Source: a virus (Duplodnaviria > Caudoviricetes). Taken from it: a stretch of 26,466 nucleotides of DNA. Under the pieces are notes generated by a model. The model saw nothing but the letters and a program-made list of their open reading frames with translations, was not told where the DNA came from and searched no databases. The stretch is taken from the IMG/VR virus record IMGVR_UViG_3300005764_000071, positions 1 to 26,466 of that record. One strand, given 5' to 3'. Positions 14,760 to 22,879 of this stretch are shown piece after piece (the stretch's first letter is position 1; the number at the start of each line of letters is the position of its first letter). Both the position numbers and the translations under genes were made by a program.

Positions 14760-15457
14760 GTGTACTCTCCATCGTCGATAATGCGCACCCACGAGGCATT
14801 CATTCGGCCATACAGCGTGTCGTCGTAAGGAGCCTCTTGGACGTCGCCGCCACCAGGTCCACCGCCACCGCCCGTTGTGTCGACGTAATATTTGGTCGTA
14901 GCCTCCATCGACAGGACCGGTTGACGTGCGAGAATCAGCGGGCCGGTCATCGTGTCGCCGCTGCGGTTAATCTTGCGCTCGTCAACGAGCGCGATCATGG
15001 CTGAATACGCAGCGGTGATCGCTGCAACCTCGCCATCGACAAAGGCGCGCAGCGCGGTGTTGAGCGCGCTAATTTGATCTTCGACCCATCGTCGCGTCGC
15101 GGCCTCAAGCGGTGTCTGCGGATCACGGGCCAGGAAAAGCGGCCCTTCCATCGTGTCGCCGGCGCGGTCGACCTTGAGGTCAATCGCGCGATAGATGGCG
15201 GCAATCACGTCGCGCAGCCCGGCGCCGAGGTTGTCAACGCGGTTGGCGTTCCAGGGAATGTCGAGGCCGATGTCCTTGAGCGCCAGGAGCTCGCTGAGGA
15301 CCGAATTCATTGCACAATCGGGAAGCGTGGTTGCGCAATCGTTGCCGAAGTACAGCGGTCCCTCGCCGATCACCGGATGGGTAGGACTAAAACCGTTGCA
15401 AACGTTGCCACCGGGCGGCTTGCCACCCTTGTCCAGCGGCGGAAAGATTCCCGACAT
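14756..15457 (-). CDS. Proximal tail fibre protein (Mu gp49 position)
   Basis: MSGIFP anchor domain; two GDTM.GPL.LAR.P...EA.T..[WY]V repeats; foldon-like EAPYDDTLYGRMNASW; C-terminal DDGEYT; follows gp48-like gene. Confidence 0.85.
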   Translation of the reverse strand: MSGIFPPLDKGGKPPGGNVCNGFSPTHPVIGEGPLYFGNDCATTLPDCAMNSVLSELLALKDIGLDIPWNANRVDNLGAGLRDVIAAIYRAIDLKVDRAGDTMEGPLFLARDPQTPLEAATRRWVEDQISALNTALRAFVDGEVAAITAAYSAMIALVDERKINRSGDTMTGPLILARQPVLSMEATTKYYVDTTGGGGGPGGGDVQEAPYDDTLYGRMNASWVRIIDDGEYT

Positions 15458-15509
15458 CGGCCTAACCCTTTCCGGTAAGGCCGTTTTATACGATCCGGGA
15501 TGAAACGGC
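15458..15509 (-). promoter_or_regulatory. RBS-sequestering hairpin with competing alternative stem
   Basis: CGGCCUUACC-GGAAAG-GGUUAGGCCG immediately 5' of AUG 15457; GCCGUUU/AAACGGC stem shares its 5' arm. Confidence 0.4.
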
Positions 15510-15529
15510 TAGGCGGCGAGGGGTGGGGC

Positions 15530-17323
15530 TCAAGCGATGCAGTCAGCCGGACAGCATTCATAGATGCAGTAGAGCGGCCCGCGCGGAAGTATCTGCGGCA
15601 GGAGCCACCAGAACGCCTCATACATCTCGCGGTCGTGAGGAAGATGGTACGCCGGCGGCGTCGGCAAATTACAATTTTCGGGGATAATGATGTCGCTCGG
15701 GCAAACGATGACGTTGAGCGACAGCGGCGAGTTTTCGTTGGGTGGCGCGCAGGCGACCTCGCCCATGGCCTGACCGCCCTTTGCCTGCTCGTAAGCGCCG
15801 CCGAGTTGCGCCTCAGGGTCAGGCGGGCAAGGATCGCGCGGCGGGCAATGCTGTGCGTCGCGCGCCAGCGACCACCAACCGGGGAGCGGTGCGTCACTGT
15901 TGGCGGTCTCGTTGAAGGCGCCGGCGTAGCGTAGCTTGATGTCGGCGCCCATGCGGCTGGCGATGCTGGTCAAATACTCCCAATTGACCGCCGTTTGGTT
16001 GTAGCGCAATTGCGTGATGAAGCAGATCAGGAATATGAGGATACGATCGGACCAGCCTGACCCACACGGGTCCGGATGTTTGATGCCCATGCGCGTGGCC
16101 CATTGGCGAATCAGCCGCTTAGTGGTGCACGGGTCGAGCTCGAGCAGCATCTCGCAGAGCGCGAGCACAACCTTGTAAGCCGCGGCGCCGAAGGTATCCA
16201 CGACGGCGAGTTGCGGTGCCACCGGGTCGACCTCGCACGGGATCACTTCCATTTCGCAGCAGCTACCGAGGACCATTTGCTCGCAGCCGACGCGGGCGCA
16301 ACCGACCGTGACGGCGCCGTATTGCGGCGGCACCTCGGCAATCGGCCGAGCCGTGTTGTTATAGGGGTCGCCCTCAGGCAAAAGCGAGCGGATCTGACAG
16401 ATGAAAGCAAACTCATCGATCTGGCACGGGAGCGGGCCACAACAGCCGTCCGGGATGTAGCAAAGAATGCCGGGAACGTCGGGACCGCTCGTGCTCTTTA
16501 CGTGTGGCGGCGGCGGGCATGGCCGCTCGTCCGGCGTTGGGGAGATGACTAGGACCAGCATCATGGTGCCAGTGCCGCCTGCATTCCTGGCCTCGAGCTG
16601 GACGTGGTAAGTGCCCTGCTCTCTCGGTGTTCCCAAAATGCTGCCGGTGTGCGTATTGATGGCGAGGCCATCGGGCAAGCCAGTTGCATAGAATTGCGTC
16701 GGCGCGTTGCGCGCGGTGATGACGTAAGTGAACGGCAGACCGACCGTGCCGGTGGCCGTGTCCGGGCTGGTGATTTCAGGAATGGGCGCCGGCGGCAAAG
16801 CCGGTTGCAACGTCAACGCCAGCGTCGCCGTTGCGGTGCCGACAGCATTTGTCGCACTGATCGGAATATGCCAAAGGCCGGGGTCGCTTACCGGCACTCC
16901 TGAAATCACACCGGTCGTTTCGTTGATGGAGAGACCGGCCGGCATCTCGGTGGCCTCGAAGGTGATGGGCGGATCGCCGGTTGCGGTAATTGTGTAAGAA
17001 AACCACACACCTTGCCTGGCGGTAGCGGTCAGCGGGCTCGTGATGACGGGCAACCCGACCAGCGGAGCCGGCTCGATCTGCAGGCGCAACGTCGTGGTGC
17101 CGGTGCCGTCGGCGTTGGTCGCCTCAAGCACGACATCAAAGACGCCGTCCTCCTGCGGTGTGCCGGAGATAGCGCCGGTGAACGTGTCGACGCTGAGCCC
17201 GAGCGGCAGGCCGGTCGCATCGAAGCTCATCGGGCTGTTCGTGGCAGTGATGGTGAACTCGAACGGCGTGCCGACCGTGCCAGCTGCCTCGAGAAATTGC
17301 GGGATGACGGGAATGTCGTTCAT
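15530..17323 (-). CDS. Baseplate wedge protein (Mu gp48-like) with three N-terminal He_PIG-type Ig-like domains
   Basis: Three GLP.GL.[IV]...TG.I.G.P-like repeats; then SLLPEG, ELDPCTT..LI.QW...MG, YLTSIASRMG gp48-like motifs; follows baseplate J. Confidence 0.8.
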   Translation of the reverse strand: MNDIPVIPQFLEAAGTVGTPFEFTITATNSPMSFDATGLPLGLSVDTFTGAISGTPQEDGVFDVVLEATNADGTGTTTLRLQIEPAPLVGLPVITSPLTATARQGVWFSYTITATGDPPITFEATEMPAGLSINETTGVISGVPVSDPGLWHIPISATNAVGTATATLALTLQPALPPAPIPEITSPDTATGTVGLPFTYVITARNAPTQFYATGLPDGLAINTHTGSILGTPREQGTYHVQLEARNAGGTGTMMLVLVISPTPDERPCPPPPHVKSTSGPDVPGILCYIPDGCCGPLPCQIDEFAFICQIRSLLPEGDPYNNTARPIAEVPPQYGAVTVGCARVGCEQMVLGSCCEMEVIPCEVDPVAPQLAVVDTFGAAAYKVVLALCEMLLELDPCTTKRLIRQWATRMGIKHPDPCGSGWSDRILIFLICFITQLRYNQTAVNWEYLTSIASRMGADIKLRYAGAFNETANSDAPLPGWWSLARDAQHCPPRDPCPPDPEAQLGGAYEQAKGGQAMGEVACAPPNENSPLSLNVIVCPSDIIIPENCNLPTPPAYHLPHDREMYEAFWWLLPQILPRGPLYCIYECCPADCIA

Positions 17324-17385
17324 GCTCGAATATACCCGCCGATCGCCATGACGATAACGACCAACACGATGGCGATGACATCCAT
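17320..17385 (-). CDS. 21-aa hydrophobic micro-ORF
   Basis: MDVIAIVLVVIVMAIGGYIRA; starts 5 nt after J stop, ATGA overlap with gp48-like start. Confidence 0.55.
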   Translation of the reverse strand: MDVIAIVLVVIVMAIGGYIRA

Positions 17386-17390
17386 CCTAG

Positions 17391-18581
17391 TCATTGTGCT
17401 TCATCCGACACCGAGACATCGCCGAGGATCGGCAGGTAACCGCAATCAATCACCAGGTAGGCCGCGTCCTCGCGTCGCAAGCCCTCCTCGACCTGGAACG
17501 ATACACCGCTGAAACACGGCTCGCCGGCGGCGGTGTAGACGGCGCTGCGGACGTGTTCCTTGCATATCCGACTCCCGACGCAAAACATGATGCGAAAATA
17601 GGTCTGCAGGGCCTTGGTGATGCGCTCTACGGCAACGTTGGCACAATGGCGGAAGCAGTGGCCCACGATATTGATCTTGGCGGGCCTGGCGCAGACGTAA
17701 TGGCCGGTGATCCCGACCGGCGCGATGCCCTGGCCCTTGCCGTTCTCGCTGCCGAACATCCAGCGGTCCATCTCGTTGATGACCTCAAGCGGCGGCACGC
17801 CGTAAGGCGCGGTGACGGCGTCGCCATAGACGCCCTCCATCATGGGGAAGATTTCGACGTGGGCCGGATCGCAGCAACCCTCGCATTGATCGGTGCAGGC
17901 ACGAGTCACACCGGGATAGCGCAGCGTTTGCTCGATGTACCATCGCTCGTTCGTGCTCAACACGCCGGAGGCCTCGGCCGCAAGCACGCGCGCGCGTAGC
18001 TGCTCGCAAGTCTCATTTGAGGTGCCGCCGATGAGGCCGTTGCCGATGACGATGGCATCGCCGTCGATGCCGGGAAGCGTGCTTGAAACCGTGAGCGGAG
18101 AACCTGGCACCAAGTTGAACTCGGCGCCGCCGATGGCGGCGACGACCCGGAGCGCGGCACGGCCGGAGAGGTCGAGCATGGTCGGATTGAAAGTGACGCC
18201 GGGGTCAAGCTTGTACTCGCGCGAGGCCTCGCCGACGAAGCGAATGTTGGAGGGGATAGGCGCGCGCGGCTCGCCGCTGATCGCAACGTAGCCCTTGGCG
18301 CGGGTCGCCGCCCGCATGTTGATTCCGTGCCGTGCGCTGTATTTGACGAGGTTGTCGCAACACATGCTGGCCGGGTCGTTCTCGCGCAGCGCTTGCGTCA
18401 CCCAACCGTGCATCAAATTTGTCGCGCCCGCCATGACGAACGCAAGCACGTCCTCGGTGGTCATCGGCAGCACGGGAGCGCCGCCGAGGAGGCGCTTGCT
18501 CATCTCGGTCGCAAGTTGGTCGTGAAGCTCGGCGATGCTCGGCCTCGGGAGGGTACAACTAATGTCGGTCATCACCGCCAT
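17391..18581 (-). CDS. Baseplate J / Mu gp47-like wedge protein
   Basis: RPSIAEL, GINMRAATRAKG.V, GG...ET.EQLRARVL, YPGVTRA motifs; synteny. Confidence 0.92.
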   Translation of the reverse strand: MAVMTDISCTLPRPSIAELHDQLATEMSKRLLGGAPVLPMTTEDVLAFVMAGATNLMHGWVTQALRENDPASMCCDNLVKYSARHGINMRAATRAKGYVAISGEPRAPIPSNIRFVGEASREYKLDPGVTFNPTMLDLSGRAALRVVAAIGGAEFNLVPGSPLTVSSTLPGIDGDAIVIGNGLIGGTSNETCEQLRARVLAAEASGVLSTNERWYIEQTLRYPGVTRACTDQCEGCCDPAHVEIFPMMEGVYGDAVTAPYGVPPLEVINEMDRWMFGSENGKGQGIAPVGITGHYVCARPAKINIVGHCFRHCANVAVERITKALQTYFRIMFCVGSRICKEHVRSAVYTAAGEPCFSGVSFQVEEGLRREDAAYLVIDCGYLPILGDVSVSDEAQ

Positions 18582-18745
18582 TACGCTGTCTCCGGGGGCT
18601 CGAGCTCCTCGTGCTCGGCTTCAATCCAATTGTCGACCGCGTCTTGAATGACCTGCGCGAGTTCGCCGGCGCGATCGCGCAGCGCTTTCGGCTCGTCTAT
18701 CAGGAAGTGCTGCGCCAGCTCTAAAGCAGCGATGTCGTAGCTCAT
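18581..18745 (-). CDS. Small acidic hypothetical protein (54 aa)
   Basis: MSYDIAALELAQHFL...; GGAGG SD, ATGA and TAATG coupling on both sides. Confidence 0.7.
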   Translation of the reverse strand: MSYDIAALELAQHFLIDEPKALRDRAGELAQVIQDAVDNWIEAEHEELEPPETA

Positions 18746-19440
18746 GCGGCCTCCGCAGTTGGCACCGAGCGCGGGTAGCGCTTGCCGAGCGGGTCGATGT
18801 TGGCAATGTTCTTGTACTCTTCCCAAAGGTAGCGCGAGTCGGGCATGGCCGAGCCTTGCACGGTGATGTTCACGTCGCTGGCGCCGGGGCCTTTGATGGT
18901 GATGTCCAAGCGCATGACTCGCCGCGAGATGTACCACGGGACGATGTCGATTTTCGAGGCAATGCCCCATGCTACAAGGTAGCTGATCGCCTCAAATGCG
19001 AAGTCCTTGGCTTGCATCAGCGTTTGGTTGGTGACGTGGTTCCACTGCAGCGTCCACAGCTTCGAGCCGCTGCGGAAGGCGGAACCGCGCGAGGTGACGG
19101 ACGTGTTGCCGCGGAAGGCATCGGCCCACCAACCACCAAGGCGCGGGTGCTTGATGTATGGCGGATGCTCGCCGGAATCGCGATCACCGCATTCAACCTG
19201 GCCGCGGGTGAACAGCTGCTTGATGACCCAACCGCGCAGCCAATCATTGCGGTCGAGCGTGCCCATTTTGTTGACGTGCAAATTGGGATCGCCCTCTTGA
19301 ATGCCTTCGCAGTTGGGCGGCCGGCATAGCGGGATGCGGCGCGAGGCAATCGGCGGCTGGAACAGCGGATAGCTTCGCGTCCGGCAGCGTGGCGGTGGTG
19401 GCGCGCAAATGTGTTGCGGCGGGTTATATTGAACGATCAT
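18742..19440 (-). CDS. Mu gp46-like baseplate protein
   Basis: LFT...GGWWADAF...GSKLWTL...AKDFAFEAI.YLV.WGIA motifs. Confidence 0.85.
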   Translation of the reverse strand: MIVQYNPPQHICAPPPPRCRTRSYPLFQPPIASRRIPLCRPPNCEGIQEGDPNLHVNKMGTLDRNDWLRGWVIKQLFTRGQVECGDRDSGEHPPYIKHPRLGGWWADAFRGNTSVTSRGSAFRSGSKLWTLQWNHVTNQTLMQAKDFAFEAISYLVAWGIASKIDIVPWYISRRVMRLDITIKGPGASDVNITVQGSAMPDSRYLWEEYKNIANIDPLGKRYPRSVPTAEAA

Positions 19441-20483
19441 GGTGGCGGTCCAATTCCCAAGTGGTCCTCGATCCTGATAATACGCCGCAGCAACTCGTCG
19501 TTTTTCTCCTGCTGCTGCTGCCGGTCTTGCTGCTGCTGTTGTTGCATCTGCTGCATTTCAGCCTTCATGCCGCCGCCCGTAGGCGGGCCTTCACCGCTCG
19601 AGGAGACCGACGACATCCCCATCGCCGCGGCCATACCTTTCAGCGAGATATTGCCCGGCTGCCCGCTTGCGCTCATGCTTTGCGATCCGTCTGGTGTGTT
19701 CTCGGGGAGGCCGTTTCCAGCTCCTCCAGCCACGAGCGGTACGCGCGCGGAAGGTAGCGAACCAACGCTCGCACCACCTCCGGCGATGTGATCGGAGGCG
19801 TGCTCGATTCCTTGCGTGTAGGTGTCGCCGTCGCGATACGTAGTTCCTTTGCGGACGTGCTTGCCGGCTTCAAATTGCGTCGCGTTCTGCGCTTTGATGT
19901 CGAAATTTGCATCCGTGGCACAGCCGATTCCCTTCTCGCCTTTTAGCTGGAATGTTTCCTTGTTTTGCCCCGAGACTTTCTGGTCATCACCGTCCCAATG
20001 CATCCCTGCAACCCGCCCGCTGTCCTTAGTGCGACCCTCAGATTGGCCCTCGCTAGCTGGCACGCCGGGCAATGTGCGGCCCGCACCGCCGCCCCCGCCG
20101 CCGCCTTGATCCGATTTTTTCTTGTGCCTGATGAATTGCTTTTTGTTGCCTGGCGCATAGTGGAACGCCTCCCCTTCATCGGGCTGTGGATGCTCCTCGC
20201 GATCGCCCATGACCATGAGGATGATGCGCCGCGAGGCGTCGGCACCGACATCGCAACTTAGCGTCTCGCACTTGTCGCCTGGCTTGACGTGGCTCACGTA
20301 GCCAACCGGGTGCACGATGTCGATATTATCGCTTTCGATCTCCTCGCCGAGGATCGTGCGACCCTTCAACATCTTCCCGTCGTTGTAAGTCTTCTTGAGA
20401 TAGCCGCGGCGGATCACGTTGCGCACCTTGTTCGAGAGGTGCTCCATGTGCTCCCAAGCGCGGCCAGGAATAGTGACGGTCAT
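19437..20483 (-). CDS. Baseplate central spike (Mu gp45-like) with C-terminal extension
   Basis: VIRRG...HPVGYVSH..PG...GEAFHY gp45-like N-terminus; synteny. Confidence 0.8.
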   Translation of the reverse strand: MTVTIPGRAWEHMEHLSNKVRNVIRRGYLKKTYNDGKMLKGRTILGEEIESDNIDIVHPVGYVSHVKPGDKCETLSCDVGADASRRIILMVMGDREEHPQPDEGEAFHYAPGNKKQFIRHKKKSDQGGGGGGGAGRTLPGVPASEGQSEGRTKDSGRVAGMHWDGDDQKVSGQNKETFQLKGEKGIGCATDANFDIKAQNATQFEAGKHVRKGTTYRDGDTYTQGIEHASDHIAGGGASVGSLPSARVPLVAGGAGNGLPENTPDGSQSMSASGQPGNISLKGMAAAMGMSSVSSSGEGPPTGGGMKAEMQQMQQQQQQDRQQQQEKNDELLRRIIRIEDHLGIGPPP

Positions 20484-21601
20484 GATCCGCCCCCGACGCT
20501 CGGCGAAAACGCCCCTTTCGTTTGGCCGGCACTGCCGCCGGTGTCTGCACCACCACCGCCCGAGGAGCCGAAGCCTTCTTTCGGACAGAGCGTGAGCTCG
20601 GCGTGGCGTTTGTCGCCCTCAAGCACGAACTTGACCTGCTTAATCATCAGCATGTCGTTGACTTGGTCAACCGGGATGCTGACCATATGCTGATTGCCGA
20701 CTTTCCACAGCTTGCCGCCCTCATCGCTCCACGTCGAGGTGGTGATGTCGACGGTCAGCCCGTCCGCCTGGCGCCGGCGCGCCTCCTGCTTGGCGCGATC
20801 TTTCAGCGTCTCCTTGTCTTGGTCGGTGTCGATCAGCAAATGCATCTCTTTTTTAAACTTTACGTAGCTGTCTATGGCATCGCCCATCAGTTGCTCGGCG
20901 TCCTTGCCGTATTTCTTGTCAGTCGGGATCGAATTGCCTTTGGCTTTGATTTTCGAGTGCCGCGGAGAAATGTCACGCTTGACCGACCAGAGGAGGAAAT
21001 GGCGACCAAGAATGAGCGGGCCTCCACCGCCTCCGCCTTCGCTTTCCTTCTTGGCAAGAACAACGTCACCCTCCTCGTTCTCGCTCGCAGTGAGGCCAAA
21101 TTCGCGACAAGCTCGGCGCAAAGCGCGCTCAACACTTTCGCCCTCTTGAATGATAAAGCGCTCGATCTGCCGGCCCTCATTGCTCTCGTCCTTCAATTGC
21201 GACTCGTAGCCTTCCATCAGCTTTTTCGCGACCTGTCCCGGCTTTTGCTTGTTTTCCTGGCCGGTCTTGTGATCAGGGACGCCGTCGACGATCGAGGCCG
21301 AGAGACCGCGGAATTTAAGATCGAGCGTAAACGAATTCGGTGAGCCGTGTGACGTGCGGCTATCGATTCTAAAAGTACCTGCAAGTTGGCCGTCGAGCAT
21401 AGCAGTGCCGCGCGCACCATCGATGAGCTCCTGTGCCGGGGGTGATGTGGCATTGAACATTTCCGCGCCGGGCCACGACAGCGTGATCGTTCCCTCGCAG
21501 GACATCTCGTCCTTGGCTCGCCGCAGCTCGAGCTTGATCATGTTGTCGTAATTGACACCACCACACGCGATGTAGCAGGAGCCGCGTTCCTCGAATGCCA
21601 T
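20480..21601 (-). CDS. Baseplate hub (Mu gp44-like)
   Basis: IQEGESVERAL.R, ENEEGDVV, LILG, RA..EARRR, W...G.LW.VG motifs. Confidence 0.88.
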   Translation of the reverse strand: MAFEERGSCYIACGGVNYDNMIKLELRRAKDEMSCEGTITLSWPGAEMFNATSPPAQELIDGARGTAMLDGQLAGTFRIDSRTSHGSPNSFTLDLKFRGLSASIVDGVPDHKTGQENKQKPGQVAKKLMEGYESQLKDESNEGRQIERFIIQEGESVERALRRACREFGLTASENEEGDVVLAKKESEGGGGGGPLILGRHFLLWSVKRDISPRHSKIKAKGNSIPTDKKYGKDAEQLMGDAIDSYVKFKKEMHLLIDTDQDKETLKDRAKQEARRRQADGLTVDITTSTWSDEGGKLWKVGNQHMVSIPVDQVNDMLMIKQVKFVLEGDKRHAELTLCPKEGFGSSGGGGADTGGSAGQTKGAFSPSVGGGS

Positions 21602-21604
21602 GGC

Positions 21605-22879
21605 TCACCTTGCCGGGACAGTCGCCTCGCGGCCGATAAAGAACGGCGGCATAACGGGATTATAGTGCTCGACTTCCTCATAGCGCGTGCCGTCGCCGTA
21701 GACCTTATGCGCGGCGAGCAGCGACGGCCACACACCGTGCACCGAATACTCGACGATGCCGGGCAAGCGGATGTTGGCGGAGAGCATTGCTTGCGCCGCC
21801 TCGGCTCGAGCCGCGCGGATTGCAGCAACCAGCTTGTCGTCGCACCGGCGCGTCGCCGCCGCCTCCTCCTCGTCATAAATGGCCATGATGAAATCAAGGT
21901 CTTGCAGCGCCTCACTAACCGTGCGGTAGGTGGTCGCGATGGCCACAAGCGCATAATCCCGCGCCAGCACCAAGCGCGCGGCAATGACCAGTGTCTCAAC
22001 CGACAGATTGCCAGAGATGCCCGCGTCGACGACCTGCTTGTTGAATTCGCGCAGCCGCTCGAGCGCGTCGGCATGGACGAGGCGGACGATGGCGCTGCCG
22101 TGGTCGATGGGCTCGAGCACTTCCATAAACTCGCTGTAGAGCGCGCCGCGCGGGGCAACCGGAAAGCCCATGGCCAGGCGCGGCTGTCCAGGCAGGTAGG
22201 GAATCTCCTCGAGCCGTTGCGCTCCACGCTCAAGCGCGGAGATGGCGTCGAAAGCGTCCTCCTCCTCAACCGGTTGGAGCAAGCGCGCTAGGGCAAGGCT
22301 GATGGTGGTTGCGACTTCGCCCGCCGATGGGCTCGAGCGCTCGTTAACATTCCACACGCCAAGCGCCGCCGCCGCTATCGCGGCCGAGGCGATCGAATGG
22401 ACCATCGCGATCGCCGACCCCGCGCGATACGGCGCCATGCTGTCGGCCGCCTCGACAAACTCAAAGCTAAGCCTGGTGCGGCGCACATCCTTGAAATAGT
22501 CGAGGGAGGTCGAGAGCTTGATGCAAGCGACACGCTGCGAGCCGTAGGCCGGGTGAATCAGTATGCCGGGCTCGGGGCTTTCCGCCGCCGCCGCCATGGC
22601 ACCAGTCTGCGCGATCTGGTCGCCGCCGATTAGATAGCCGGTGACCTTGAACCGGCGCGCCTTGCGCCCGAGGTCTTTCCACGCGACCCGTTCTGACAAC
22701 GGGTATTCGTAAAGATGCCCGCGCCGGCCAAACTCATCATCGGTTTCGGTACAGACGAACGGAATGCCCTTCCACGAGGCCGGCAAATAGGTGGGGACGG
22801 CCAGGGTGGTCCCGGTCCCTGGCACGACGGTCGAGGGAGTGGGTGGGCGAGGGTAGCCGGGGTCAATGCAATCGGGCAT
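21605..22879 (-). CDS. Mu gp43/N-like DNA circularisation / tube-initiator protein
   Basis: ASWKGIPF...GRR...YEYP....WKDLGR, GILIHP.YG; C-terminal PSLLAAHKVYGD..R..E...N. Confidence 0.9.
   Translation of the reverse strand: MPDCIDPGYPRPPTPSTVVPGTGTTLAVPTYLPASWKGIPFVCTETDDEFGRRGHLYEYPLSERVAWKDLGRKARRFKVTGYLIGGDQIAQTGAMAAAAESPEPGILIHPAYGSQRVACIKLSTSLDYFKDVRRTRLSFEFVEAADSMAPYRAGSAIAMVHSIASAAIAAAALGVWNVNERSSPSAGEVATTISLALARLLQPVEEEDAFDAISALERGAQRLEEIPYLPGQPRLAMGFPVAPRGALYSEFMEVLEPIDHGSAIVRLVHADALERLREFNKQVVDAGISGNLSVETLVIAARLVLARDYALVAIATTYRTVSEALQDLDFIMAIYDEEEAAATRRCDDKLVAAIRAARAEAAQAMLSANIRLPGIVEYSVHGVWPSLLAAHKVYGDGTRYEEVEHYNPVMPPFFIGREATVPAR

Noticed and set aside
8469-15457. Diversity-generating retroelement or invertible fibre cassette
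   Set aside because: Despite Mtd_N-like starts, no reverse transcriptase, adenine-mismatched repeat pair, invertase or inverted fibre segment is visible in this window.
18746-18970. Upstream extensions of ORFs 18581-18970, 14496-14792 and 5371-5565
   Set aside because: They overlap upstream genes; internal coupled ATG starts at 18745, 14759 and 5487 fit better.
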